Assembly: GCA_951406725.2 (NCBI GenBank)
Contig: OX597820.1
Span: 30,194,001 to 30,258,000 of the forward strand
From: Octopus vulgaris
Taxonomy: Eukaryota
Reading direction: 5' to 3'
Length of the DNA: 64,000 bases
Position 1 is the stretch's first letter. The number at the start of each line of letters is the position of its first letter. The position numbers were made by a program, and so were the translations under genes. This document shows positions 1 to 12,866 of the stretch, in pieces. Under the pieces are notes generated by a model. It ran no database searches and had not been told where the DNA came from. It was given only the letters and a program-made list of their open reading frames with translations.

Positions 1-254
1 AAAACATATAAACTCATACATGTGCAACCATAAACATGCACACACACATATACATACCCGCACGCACATACATAAACACATGGACACACGCTCACACATT
101 TACGTGCACACACACACACAAATGCGCACGAACGTACACATAAACATACATGCACACGAGTACACGCCACGCACGCACACACGCACACATATATAACACA
201 CACATAAACGCATACATGCACCACACGCACACACACACATGCTGTCCTTCGCAC

Positions 255-528
255 TAATGGCGTCTTTCTTAAGTTGTATTGGCTTGTTGAACAGATGAAA
301 TGGTGAATACGGTATGTCCGTCGCAGGTGAGCTGCAAGATGCAGGAGGAAAGAGTGAGAGAAAGTTGTGGTGAAAGAGTCAGCATAAGTCCGCCATTACC
401 TTCTGTCGGGGCCGCGTGGAGGTTCGGTGTTTTGCTCATAAACACACACACCGCCCGGTCTGAGATTCGAACCCGCGATCCCTCGACCGCCAGTCTGCTG
501 CTCTAACCACTAGGCCATGTGCCTCCAC
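255..528 (-). mobile_element. tRNA-headed SINE, family A (CORE-like)
   Basis: Reverse strand starts GTGGAGGCACATGGCCTAGTGGTTAGAGC (A box), then GGTTCGAATCTC (B box). The body is shared with copies at 7788, 38428 and 55629. Confidence 0.85.
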
Positions 529-562
529 ATATATATACATACATACATACATACATACATAC

Positions 563-1095
563 ATGGTGGCTGGCCCCTCGTTATCGAGTATGGCCATTGC
601 ACGAAGTGTAATCAGTGTTGTTATCGTGCAATGCCTGTGCAAGAAGAGTTTTTTTTAAAGTGAGGAAAGGCTGTGCACTGAGTCAGTCCCACTCACTAAG
701 CAACAGCAGTCCATAATCCGAAAAGAAGAACAAGTCAACATCATCGGTAACCACTGAGCCGCAGGTTTTATGTCGGAGTTATCCCAGTTACCTGAGTTAC
801 CTTCTCCTAGAAGGATGCCCTAACAAAGGCTAGGAGTCCTTCACTCCCAATGGTTTAACCGCGCGATCGGGTATTCAGTCCGATTATTTCTATGTCCCCG
901 CGCATGATACAGCCTTAAGACATTTATTGGATGGCCGTTGACTCTCAAGAGTTTCTCCGCCCTTTGACGGGTTTTGTTTTTCATCCCGCAGGGTGTCCAA
1001 TAAACACCCTCCTCACCAAGCAAGCTTGGTGGGGTTGCCGGTTTAGTCGACGACGACCCGACCATGCAACAGGTTGTACTGGATTACATGTTACC
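563..1095 (-). mobile_element. Non-autonomous RTE-like retroelement inside an (ATAC)n microsatellite
   Basis: A complex 530-bp block bounded on both sides by ATAC repeats. The minus strand has motifs I recall from RTE 5' UTRs (GACTAAACCGGCAACCCCACC, CTAGGAGAAGGTAACTC) and ends CTCGATAACGAGGGGCCAGCCACCAT followed by (GTAT)n. No ORF. Confidence 0.5.
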
Positions 1096-1534
1096 ATACA
1101 TACATACATACATACATACATACATACATACATACATACATACATACATACAAACAAACATACCTACAGGGTTACTTTTTATGTTTCGAAAGGATTTTTT
1201 TCACTGCTTTGATGTTAGCACGCTTGCTCGATTCTTATGAACAGAATCAAGAGTGAATGGAAAATATATATAAATATATACGATTTTATAAAAAAAAAAA
1301 AAACTTGTCTTCCACTGGTTCAACTACTTAACAATTGTAATATCGATACAACACACTGCTATCGTCTAGGTTCGTATACTAATGATTATTCCATATCCCA
1401 GTGTGTTTCCTCCATGTCGCTGTAATGCTCGACTTGCGATTTATTCCGCCATTTTGCCCATCTCCAACCAGTCTAGGAGACCCGATGTAAAGGTGTTAGA
1501 GACACTGCCTTTCCTCGTCTAACTCACTAAGTTT

Positions 1535-1587
<53 letters not shown>

Positions 1588-1589
<2 letters not shown>

Positions 1590-1745
1590 CATCTCTCCTT
1601 GTTTCTTTCTGTGTTCCTTTCTGTAAAAGAGCGTAGGCTCGAAACGTAAAAGACTTTTTCAATTCCTGAGCGTTATACCAATACATCTGTTTGTTTTCTA
1701 CACCACATGTCTTCGTCTTTTGTTTTTCGTGAACTCTCCCCCTAT
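1588..1745 (+). mobile_element. Penelope-like pseudo-LTR fragment with a degenerate minimal hammerhead motif
   Basis: Lies between (TA)n tracts. Reads CTTT-CTGTAAA-A-GAGC-GTAG-GCTC-GAAAC-GTA-AAAG at 1617-1652. Confidence 0.55.
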
Positions 1746-1765
1746 AAATACATACATATACATAC

Positions 1766-1804
<39 letters not shown>

Positions 1805-2585
1805 GATAGATAGATAGATATTGTGAACTAGCAGATTATTGTTTATTGGTTGTTCATTTCTATTCCTTTTGCCAGCAGTCAATTATAGTATTCATTGTAT
1901 TTCTCCGTCAATAAAATATATTTTAAGTTTAATGAATTGAAATGCCTCACATAATTTTCATGCATGCACTTAATTCGATTTTCTTTTCTTTTCCTTTTCT
2001 TTTTCTTTCTTTTCAACCATGAAGTTCTTAATATCCGTGTGTCTATGCATATAAAATAAGAGCCAACGTGCGACGATCAAAGCGTAGCAATTTCTTTTGA
2101 AACGTAAAAGGGCTATCAAAAAAATAGACTTACTTTATATTAACACAATAAAATAATGCCGATTGCGAGCTGCTTTAACGATGTGTGTCCGTGTGTGTGT
2201 GTGTGTGGTCTTGTGTTAGTGCAATTACTGCTGCTTGCTGGTTTTGCTAGTCTTCGATCCCAGACGGCATGGCTCATCGAATGTGGTATCTCATGAATAG
2301 TCTGTGATATTCAGGTATCAGGAAATTTTCTAGAGGAAAATACCTCCAGCGACGATAATGAAACATTAACTCTGGCCTTTTGTTAAGAAATATAGCAGGC
2401 TCTATCGATTATCTGTAAATTGTCAGTGAACATCGCTGTCAACAAGGTATATTGTAGAACAGACAAGACCTTGGTCCATAAGTTTGCAGACAAATTAGAA
2501 AGCAAGGAAAGGAATTTTCCCTGTTCTTTCACTTAAAACAGTAAGAGTGAGCCTTGTGCCATTCTTTCCGTGACCGTCCGGAAAT

Positions 2586-2731
<146 letters not shown>

Positions 2732-3164
2732 GTCATGCTTTGCTTGTCGGCTGCGATTTGACTCAAAGCGCCAGGCGAAATAACTCACGCAAAGTCCCAT
2801 TTAGGAGCGTGGGACATCGATGTTTCGTGATTTTTGTAGCTTATCAATATTACCTACCTAAACCGAACCGGAGGTAAATTGAATAGACTGTCAGTAACTA
2901 TATGTAAACTGCAGTAAAAACCATTTACATGTATACCCGAACGATGAATACGTAATAATAAATTCAAATATGAATTAGAATCAGCATAAATGTGGTAAAC
3001 GTTATCGAACACACATACACAATGTATGTGCTTTGCTTGTTCGTTAGTTGGCTGCGAATTGACGCGGTGGAGATTGACTCTCTCAAAGCGCCGGGTGTTA
3101 AAACATAGTCATAGACAGGTGAGACAACTCACCCCAAGTCCCGTCAAATCGCAATCGATTTGAT

Positions 3165-3482
3165 ACTTACTCTATCAGTCTTTTTGCCGAGCCGCTATAT
3201 TACAAAGACGTAAACAAAGCAACACCGGTCGTCAAGTGGTGAGTGGAAGACAAACGCAAACACAAAGACATATGCATATATACATATATATATACCTACT
3301 TATGCATACACGCACAGCCGGTGTTAATTTGTTTACGTCACCGTAACTTAACGGTTTGGCAAACGAGAACGACAGAATAAACACCAGGCTTAAAAAATAA
3401 GTACTGGAGTTGATGTTTTCAACTAAAACTTTCAAGACGTTGCTCCAGTTTTGCCGCAGTCCATGACTGAAGCAAGTAAATG
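3165..3482. mobile_element. Two inverted fragments of SINE family C 3' half
   Basis: A minus copy at 3165-3240 and a plus copy at 3317-3482 of the TTTACGTC.CCGTAACTTAGCGGTT.GGCAAA module. The plus copy has the GCTCCAG...ATGACTGAA.CAAGTAAA tail. Confidence 0.7.
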
Positions 3483-3500
3483 TTCTGAGTGTGTGTGTGT

Positions 3501-3551
<51 letters not shown>

Positions 3552-3694
3552 TGAGTGAGTGTGAGTGTGTGTGTGAGTGTGTGTGTGAGTGAGTGTGTGT
3601 GTGTGTGCGAGTGTATGCGTGTGTGTGCGTGTGCCTGTACACATATCGTATGCATGCAAGCGAAGATAGATAGATAGAGAGAGAGAGAGTGAGG

Positions 3695-3788
<94 letters not shown>

Positions 3789-4253
3789 TAATTGTGTGTG
3801 TGAGTATGTATGTTTACGATCGTCTTCATTTATTTCTGTTTACAATTTTATTGTTTTGTAATGTGAAAGTTGAATTTGTTCGACCCTTTATATTAGAAGA
3901 CGGATTCTGTCGAAGAATCCACTTTCGATCAATAATACTTTAAGAAGTGTGCGTAGCTAGCTTCATAGACACACTGAAGTGCATGTGAACTCTCTAGGTT
4001 GATAGTACGGTTTTATTGAATACACGTTTGTACTGGCAGAACTGTGTTTGTCAGTATTTACAAGTTCAATATGGCTGACCAAATGTTTATTCTCCTTTCT
4101 TTTACATTCAACCACTAACTACCTATGCAAGCGTTTACCACCTTTTCTTTTTTAATTTTCTTCTCGGGAATCCTTGAAATAATTTTGATTCTTAGGGAAC
4201 CTCTTATATGTTGTTTTTTTTTTGGGGGGGGGGTTAAATCATGCATGTTTATT

Positions 4254-4672
4254 AAGGCGGCGAGCTGGCAGAATCGTTAGCACGCCGGGCGAAATGCTTA
4301 GCAGTATTTCGTCTGCTGTTACGTTCTGAGTTCAAATTCCGCTGAGGTCGACATTGCCTTTCATCCTTTCGGGGTCGATTAAATAAGTACCAGTTACGCA
4401 CTGGGGTCAATATAATCGACTTAATCCGTTTGTCTGTCCTTGTTTGTCCCCTCTGTGTGTAGCCCCTTGTGGGTAGTAAAGAAATAGGTATTTCGTCTGC
4501 CGCTACGTTCTGAGTTCAAATTCCGCCGAGGTCGACTTTGCCTTTCATCCTTTCGGGGTCGATTAAATAAGTACCAATTACGCACTGGGGTCAATATAAT
4601 TGACTTAATCCGTTTGTCTGTTCTTGTTTGGCCCCTCTGTGTGTAGCCCCTTGTGAGCAGTAAAGAAATAAG
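4254..4672 (+). mobile_element. SINE family B (tRNA head plus MetaSINE-like core), tandem dimer
   Basis: Head AAGGCGGCGAGCTGGCAGAATCGTTAGC, B box GAGTTCAAATTCC, core GCCTTTCATCCTTTCGGGGTCGAT..AAGTACCAG. The body repeats at 4303 and 4487 (184-bp period). Confidence 0.9.
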
Positions 4673-5123
4673 AATCGTCTTTGCACTGAACAAAAATGCT
4701 TTCCGGCATTTCTTCCGGTTCTTTATCTTTATGTTCAGTTCAAATGCCACGGAGATCAACTTAGCCTTTCATTCCCACGGGGTCGAAAAATTAAGTACCA
4801 TGCCAGTCGAATACTCAGATCGATGATGTCAACTAACGAATATTGCTGGTCTTAAACCAAAGTTTTAAACCTTTATTGTACCTTCTGTTTCTTTACTCCA
4901 TCCTACCAACTGATTCTCAAGTTTATCGTTCTATTTAAATTGCATTTATGTGTGTGTAAGTGTGGCTTGTAGACAGTGGATTTTGTGCATGTGTGTGTGT
5001 CTGTAAGCATGTCATGCACTTGCCGGCTATCGACTACGTAGCTTTTGTCAACTTTACCATCCTCCATTACTTCATGTCAACTTAGCATTTCTCTATCAAC
5101 TTCAGCTTCGTATGTTACCTCTC

Positions 5124-5168
<45 letters not shown>

Positions 5169-5250
5169 CTCTCTCCTTCTCTTGCTCTCTTATGCGTGAC
5201 TGGAGAATTTAACCAACCAACATTTATATTGGATACTATTATACCGAGAT

Positions 5251-5470
5251 AAGGCGGTGAGCTGGCAGAATCGTTAGCACGCTGGACGAAATGCTTAGCA
5301 GTAATTCGCCCGTCGCTATGTTCTGAGTTCAAATTCCGCTGAGGTCGACTTTGCCTTTCATCTTTTCGGAGTCGATAAATTAAGTACCAGTTGAGCACTG
5401 GGGTCAATGTAATCGACTAGTCCCCTCCCCAAAATTTCGGGCCTTGTGTCTATAGTAGAAAGGATTATTA
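5251..5470 (+). mobile_element. SINE family B with an alternative 3' tail
   Basis: Same head and core as 4254, but ends CCCCAAAATTTCGGGCCTTGTGTCTATAGTAGAAAGGATTATTA. Confidence 0.85.
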
Positions 5471-6489
5471 TACAGAGATGTTTTAATCTCAAAAAAGGAA
5501 GGGTTGTGTATCTGAGTTTATTTCTTTTAAGATGGCTAAGTTGCTTTGTGTTCAATTTTTAGTTTTAACTTTGAATACTTTGCCAAAGGACGTACTTCAG
5601 GTTTTTTAACTAGTAACAGCTCTCTGTTTCAATTTGAACGTGGATTCTTCTTTCAACTGGAAGGTTTTCGTAAACCACAAAACAGAATCATTCAACTTAA
5701 GTGAAGACATCACGAAAAAATCTCTCCAACGACACCCAACAACTACCCATCAAATTCTTTGATTGACATCCGTAAATATTCCAGTGAATCGAAAATTATT
5801 AATTAAAATTCGGTCAGGCTGTGATTAAGCTAAACATGGCTTATACAAAGAGTAACAAACAAGAAGCAAACGGTGAGACAAACCCAGCCACGGACAGAGC
5901 TAAATAAAAGAGAGACCCAATTACACGTTAAGTTAGACGGAGTTCAATATCAGTTATTTTCGACAGCTAGACTGTCTGTAAGAACATTCGACAGCACTCA
6001 ATGACTAAACTACCAGTAACTTAAAAACCAACAGCGGCAGGGTATATTTGTATTCACTTACTTTTCTTCCCCACCCCACACCCATCCACCGCTCTCTCTC
6101 TCTCTCTCTCTCTCCTCCTCCTCCTTCTCCTTTCTATATCTCTCTTTCGTTTCCTCAGTCACACAAGCTGTCCAACGAAATTACTTAGACGAGCAGAACA
6201 TTCGTTAATCTAATTTTTTCGACACCATTTTGTCATTTTCTTTTCTTGGAACCGACGTGTTCCATTTTCAGCTAAACAGATGATGAACTTAAACAATAGA
6301 CCACTCTTATTTTTCATTGAGCCCGTTCATCGTTGCTAAATTAATCTTCCTGTTAAATAGTAAAAAGAAAAGAAGCAAAAAAAGATGTTCCAGTATTTCT
6401 ATATTTTTTATAGTTTCTTTTATATCTACTTATATAGTGCAGAAAGTCGGATCTCTATAATAATAGTCAATGCATGGTGGCTGGCTGAT

Positions 6490-6924
6490 TAGTTAATTGG
6501 TTTGGTTAGTTGCTGGGCTGCTTGGTTGATTGGTTAGCTGGCTGGTTGGTTACTTGGTTGGTTGGTTGGTTGGTTTGTTGGTTTGTTGGTTTGTTGGCTG
6601 GTTGCTTGGTTGCTTGGTTACTTGGTTGGTTGGTTGGTTTGTTGGCTGGTTGGTTGGTTGATTGGGTTGGTTGGTTGGTTGGTTGGTTGGTTGGTTGGTT
6701 GGTTGGTTGGTTGATTGGTTAGCTGGTTGGTTGGTTGGTTGGTTGGTTGGTTGGTTGGTTTGTTGGCTGGTTGGTTGGTTGGTTGGTTTGTTGGCTGGTT
6801 GGTTGGTTGGTTGGTTGGTTTGTTGGCTGGTTGGTTGGTTGGTTTGTTGGCTGGTTGGTTGGTTTGTTGGTTGGTTGGTTGCTTGGTTGCTTGGTTTGTT
6901 GGCTGGTTTGTTGGTTGGTTGGTT
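6490..6924. repeat. (GGTT)n degenerate microsatellite
   Basis: Direct observation. This is the source of the GWLV and PTNQ ORFs. Confidence 0.95.
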
Positions 6925-7062
6925 CTCCAGTCACGCTTTGCATCGTATGGAGAGAAGGGAGAAAGTAAAAGAGTGATACGGAGAGGTGCAAGATGAGCGC
7001 ACATTCCGGGCTTTTGTGTCAGGCAATGAATAGATGAATGCTACCGAGAGAGGGGGGGGGGG

Positions 7063-7097
<35 letters not shown>

Positions 7098-7787
7098 ATC
7101 ATAGAAACAGAAGATGAGGAAGAGGGAAAAGAAGAGGAAAGACAGCATAGATGTGTGTAAGAGGGAGTGCGTGTGTGTATGTGTGTGTGAAAGAAGGAGA
7201 GAGTGAGAGGTGGGTGAGGTGAACGTATGAACTTCCAAACTGTAAAAACAACACGGAGAGCAATTTTATTTACATTTTCTTTTTAAATATTGTTTTATCT
7301 AATCTTATTTTATTGTAATAAATCTATTTCTTTTGAAAATTAGTAGTCATCTCATCGTTTTGTATAAGCAATCAAAAACTTTGATAATTATTGTGTGTAC
7401 GCCATATTTCCTGATGTTACCCATAACGGCAAAAGAATACTTTCAAAGTTACTCTTCGTAACGATCACCAATCACCACCGTCGTCTTTTGTCCTTTTAAC
7501 AAGAACACTTTTTGTGCACAGAAATCTTCAATCGTTGCTAATTTTCTCGCTTGCGTCATCGTCGCCGTTGTCATAGAGACCATAGCCATTACTGTTAAAG
7601 TCAACGAAGAAACAAATTTAGTGATAAAGACAAGGACCTCTACGTACTCGTCTGGGCTGGTAGAAATACAGCCAAATATCCCTCAAGTGACCAGAATTCT
7701 ACCGCGGGGCCTCTCTCCGTTAAAACATACAACCACAACTGTGTGTAAGAAAGGAAGGAGTAATATGTTTATTTATTACAGAAGATT

Positions 7788-8043
7788 GTGGTGACGCAAT
7801 GGCCCAGTGGTTAGGGCAGCGGACTCGCGGTCGAAGGATCGCGGTTTCGATTCCCAGACCGGGTGTTGTGTGTGTTTATTGAGCGAAAACACCAAAAACT
7901 CCACGAGGCTCCGGCTGGGGGTGGTGGCGACCCCTGTTGTACTCTTTCGCCCCAATTTTCTCTCACTCTTTCTTCCTGTTTCTTGAGTAACGCTGCGATG
8001 GACTGGCGTCCCATCCAGCTGTGGGCAACACAGGAACCGGGAA
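7788..8043 (+). mobile_element. SINE family A
   Basis: A box TGGCCCAGTGGTTAGG, B box GTTTCGATTCC, and the CTGCGATGGACTGGCGTCCC module. Confidence 0.85.
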
Positions 8044-8319
8044 AAATAAAAAATTACAGAAAGTCTTATTAAGTCACAATCAATGAATAACAAATTTGGT
8101 GATATCAACTGTGGACCACTATGTGGTAGTTAGATCTATTAGAATTATTCTTCAAATCGCATCTTACAGTCTTAGATGAAGAAATGGCACATTAGATAAG
8201 TCTTCTGTAACCTAATGGAACAGAATGCTTGCCGTCCATATTTCTTTGATCATAGGCTTACTCAACTTGGGGCTAACTAACACAACACTAACAACAGCAA
8301 CGCTTACTGCTGCTGCTGT

Positions 8320-8582
8320 TGTTGTTGTTGGTGGTGGTGGTGGTGGTCGTCGTCGTCGTCGTCAGCTCAAGCGACTGGGAATAACGCTTAGAAGCGCTAG
8401 AGCCGCGGAAGGGAGACGAATCATCCCATCCATTGTAGCCCCTAGTTGACGGATATAGCGTTCCATCATCAGGGCCTGAGTGCCGGATGATGACCACTAC
8501 GGAAGCGTATCATGTTTGTGAAGTCTGCCTTCGAGAGGTCTGCTTCGGTTCTTTCATCCGGCTTCTTCGTGAAAACTGTTGT
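8320..8582 (-). mobile_element. 3' fragment of an I/Jockey-group-like LINE
   Basis: Minus-strand translation TVFTKKPDERTEADLSKADFTNMIRFRSGHHPALRP resembles the RxRSGH motif before the CCHC knuckle. It then reads ALALLSVIPSRLS* followed by a trinucleotide tail. Confidence 0.5.
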
Positions 8583-9864
8583 TGTTGTTGTTGTTCATGA
8601 GGATCGTGATGATGATGATGAGGAGGAGGAGGAGGAGATTTTCTCGCCGTCGCCGTGCCTGAGATTTCTCGACTCCTCTAAGAAATAGGAGTCAAATCTC
8701 CATCATATCAAAAAACCCACGGCGTCTTTAACAGTACTGGCTATGGTCTCTATGACAACGGCGACGATGACGCAAGCGAGAAAATTAACGACGATTGAAG
8801 ATTTTTTGTGCACAAAAAGTGTACTTGTTAAAAGGACAAAAGACGATGGTGACTGGTGACTGAGTGCTGACTGGAGACTGGAGAATACTATACAGCGAAT
8901 GGCTAGAAAATATTTTAGTAGGTTATCGAAAAGAAAATAAGTGAGGCCTTATTCTAAGACGCTGGTAGTGGGAGGCAAGTCGTCAAAGGATGTGACAGCA
9001 CTGTTTGGGTTTAAGTATACCACTCACTCACTTGGAATTGGCTGAGAGTGGCAGATGGATAATAAGGTGAGGCGTGAGAATAAGAAAAACAAGCAGTTTG
9101 GAAAGAGAAAGTTATGAAATGAGAAAGTTGTTACAAAGAGAGAGAGAGATTCATTTAGATAAGAAGTGTTTTCTGTTTTTGGTACATGAGCTGACGGAGT
9201 CTGAAGCACAAGATATAAAATACACACACATATACATACACATACACACACATTCAGGAACTAAATAGATTCTTTTCTATAAAATTGTCAACGTCAAACG
9301 ATAACCTACATTTAACTATCGGATGACATTTTAGAAAATAATATGCGAGGTTTGTTTTAAGAAATGAACGCAGTCAGACGACAGCCAAGTAACTGAAGCA
9401 GAAGCCGATCAAAATAAGCGAAGAAAACGACCGTTTAGCAAATGGCGGCGGCGGCGGCGATGGCAGTGTCGGCGATGGCGGTGGCGGCGATGGTGGTGGC
9501 GGGAATTTAACTAAATAATGTTAATTTTCTACGCCAGCAATACTGTGCATTTACTTAAAGATTCTCTCATCACGAGTTCGGCAAATACGATGATGTCTAT
9601 ACATCAATGGAGATGGTGATAATAAGGCCGAAATATGTCTAGAGTTATCCGTATTTGCTGAAAGGACCGGAATAATATCCTTCCAAATTTTGGCATAAAG
9701 CCAGCAATTTTAGTAGATACTAGTCGATTACATCATTTCCCAATACTTGATTGATATTTTATTTTATCGACCTTGAAAGAATAATGATCAATATGATATT
9801 GATTTATTACAGGTGGTGAATTGACGGAACATCAGAGAGAGCATCATTGGCACATCAGACAGAA

Positions 9865-10665
9865 AATGAAGTACATTCCAGACGTATTCAATTTTTTTGT
9901 TTTCATGTGAGACATCTATTTATTTCAAAGAAGTACAAAACTCTAATCTTTTTCAATGTAGTGAAAGTGTCCAAGACTCTTGTGTTCAAAATGACTACTC
10001 TTGAGGTTCTCCTCCCGCTTGGGGTACAACCAAAAGTCACGGGGATCTGAGCTGTAAGAAAGGTTAAGGACAGGTTTGATGCCCAATTCTCTCAAGTAGT
10101 TAATTGGTTAGCAGGACAAATTTTGCGCATGACCAGATTTTCATGAATAATTTTGAGTACAGTTGCCACACCAGCTACAAACTGTACGATTGTTGTCTTT
10201 ATAGACACGCGACGGTCTTCGTCCAGAAAATTACGAATTTTCTCAAGCAGCTCTGATGTCCTGAGACCCCTCTCTTTTCCACACCTCTTATTGTTTCTCA
10301 CCTCCTGTCAACCGTCCTTGAGCCTGATGTGCTAACGAAAAACAATTAATTCATAAGCAGTCTGAAGCATTTCCTATGTTTTTGTAGCGTTTTACCCAGT
10401 TTAACATAAAAATTTATTGCATGGCGAGTTCCAAACGTCCCGATTATATCTTGCAAAATTGTCAGCTGTGACAAGCAGTGTTTAGTAAGGTATGTTCAAA
10501 ATACTGTTACAGCCGTCTCTTTCCATTGGAAATAACAAAAGATGGCAGGTCCGCTTATTAGATGCAGAATAATGGTATACTAAAATTACAATAATCTAGA
10601 ACAGTCATAACTGCCTCTCCTAAAAAAAAAAAAAAAGGTCTCAAGACTTCCGAAATGCACTTTAT
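9865..10665 (-). mobile_element. Decayed, internally deleted mariner transposon
   Basis: Frameshifted transposase pieces: HAINFYVKLGK; ELLEKIRNFLDEDRRVSIKT..GVATVLKIIHENLVMRKIC; and GIKPVLNLSYSSDPRDFWLYPK (degenerate HPPYSPDLAPCDFWLFPK). Confidence 0.8.
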
Positions 10666-10790
10666 ATTTCACACTCTTTGTCCGATTCTCTGTACTCTGA
10701 TTTCAAATCTTGTCGAAGCCAACTTTGCCTCTCAGCTTTTCAGGCTCGATGTAAAAAGCACCAATCCAACGGGGGGGAATGTTGGAACTG

Positions 10791-11010
10791 TAAGGACATT
10801 GGATAGGCTGCCGTGCGATAAGTATTCCGGCTCTTTGCAATCCGAATTCAAATCCCGCCATGACCTAGTCCGGTGGTAGATTTAACCTGTCGCACGGTTT
10901 AAGGACATTGGATAGGCTGCCGTGCGATAAGTATTCCGGCTCTTTGCAATCCGAGTTCAAATCCCGCCATGACCTAGTCCGGTGGTAGACTTAACCTGTC
11001 GCACGGTTTA
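10791..11010 (+). repeat. Near-perfect 109-bp tandem duplication
   Basis: TAAGGACATTGGATAGGCTG...CCTGTCGCACGGTT occurs at 10791 and 10900 with about 2 differences. Confidence 0.9.
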
Positions 11011-11584
11011 ACACCACCAGTTGGCACTTAAGGCGACTTTATCAGTGCCTACTCTGTTGCAAGCATTTGGAACAGTAAATTTAGGATATAAGTACAGAAG
11101 TGTGTCCTGCCGACTTTCAGATAATGTAGATTACGATCATATGGGAATTTCTTGAGAAAAACTGTTTGAGGAGAGGAGTTTCGGGTAATTCACACGCTTA
11201 AATTTTGTTTGCTCATAGCTTTCGGGAAAGTGAGTATTTTTAATGAAATTTTCCACAAGTAACTTTCGGATGATTTAGATTACGATTTTTTTGGTATTTA
11301 ATTTGAAAATTTGTTTGCTCATACATTTTGATGAGTCAGTTACAATTGTATTGGAAAAAAAATACATACAATACGCTACTCCACAGTGAGCAAAAATCGG
11401 TATGTGCTTGGAATTTTCAATAATAAAACAAGCCACAACACTGCATGTTGATAAAAATATATCAAAAGTGGAATTTACAAAAATTTACCAGACAGTCTAG
11501 ACTTTAATAATTGCTATCTTTTAGTAAAAGTTACATAACTCAAACTATTTACTAAGCAATTTTCTTTATAATAGTGTATAGACA

Positions 11585-11974
11585 TCTCTCTATATATAAA
11601 GCTGAAGTTGTCTATGTATGGCAGGTTTGGTAGCCTTCAACTAACACTATCTCCTCCGAGACCCTGTGGTGCAAGTTGACCAAAATTGAGAGTATGATAG
11701 AAGGCTTACTCTTCCTTCCGTAGAAGAAAAAATTCAAACCGGACTACGTTAACATCAAAAATTATTTACATCAAAAAGGTGCTTTTTTTCTATGAAAATA
11801 CCTATTCTTTACGATTTTTTTTACTGCTGTGTCGCCATTTTTCGGTGTATTTCAACCAGAAAAATGTTCACTTAGAGAGAATAACAAGCTACATAATGCA
11901 AAATTTTTCCTTTTCAAAAATTCCAATTCTATAGGGTCGAAACAAACCCGATAAACGCCGGGCGATACTGCAAC
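11585..11974 (+). mobile_element. Non-autonomous Helitron-like element
   Basis: 5' end A|TCTCTCTATATATAAAG. 3' hairpin CCCG-ATAAACGC-CGGG followed by CGATACTGC, the same terminus as the element at 59808, but CTAG is degenerate here. Confidence 0.7.
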
Positions 11975-12124
11975 TATTCTATAAAATCTCATCATGGATT
12001 AAATTAAGAGGTATTATATTTGAATTTATTTCAATCCCTTTGATTTGCATTGTGTTGTGCATAAATGTGTGTGTGCGCGCGCGCACGTGTGTGTGTGTGT
12101 GTGTGTCAGTGCGTGCGCGTGTGT

Positions 12125-12530
12125 AAGACAAAGGCTGCGCTACCAAGAAGCAGCGAACAAGACGTTAGCAGAGCCTGTATCTCTCTGACCTTGACTACGT
12201 GAATAACGTTGCCCTCGCAGCTAATCAACTGAGCAATGCACATGACTCGCAAACATTTCATAAGAACGCTGCAGAAGAAAGAAAAATTGAATTCACGACC
12301 ATCACAGTGAGGATGACAGCCACCTGCCAATTTGTTTCAAAAATGGCTTACAACTCAAGGAGGTCAATAATTTCAAGTAGTTACGCTCCTGTGTTGTTGA
12401 CAGCAAGAAAGACTTCCTTACATGCAAAGGAGAAACACTGAGTGCCTGTAACAAACTTCAAAACATGCAGCAATCAAGTGCTTCACATCAAGGCATATGT
12501 AGAGAGCATTCTTTTCTACGGAACTGAAAC
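12125..12530 (+). mobile_element. Highly decayed RTE-like LINE reverse transcriptase fragment
   Basis: KQRTRR*QSLYLSDLDYVNNVALAANQLSNAH resembles the RT motif LxDLDYADDIALL with the catalytic aspartates lost. Confidence 0.55.
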
Positions 12531-12550
12531 CTAGACTCTCTCTTTCTCTC

Positions 12551-12618
<68 letters not shown>

Positions 12619-12754
12619 TAAATATACATGCACACACAAACACACACACATATATATGCGTATATACATATATGATATACATATATTCATACATACACAC
12701 ACACACACACATACATATTGTTTTACTTGTTTCAGTCAGATGACTGCAGTCATG

Positions 12755-12812
<58 letters not shown>

Positions 12813-12866
12813 CATACATATACATATACATATACATACATGTGTATGTGTGTGTGTGTGTGTGTA

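Noticed and set aside
6510-7004. GWLV and PTNQ repeat proteins
   Set aside because: Read-through of (GGTT)n on both strands.
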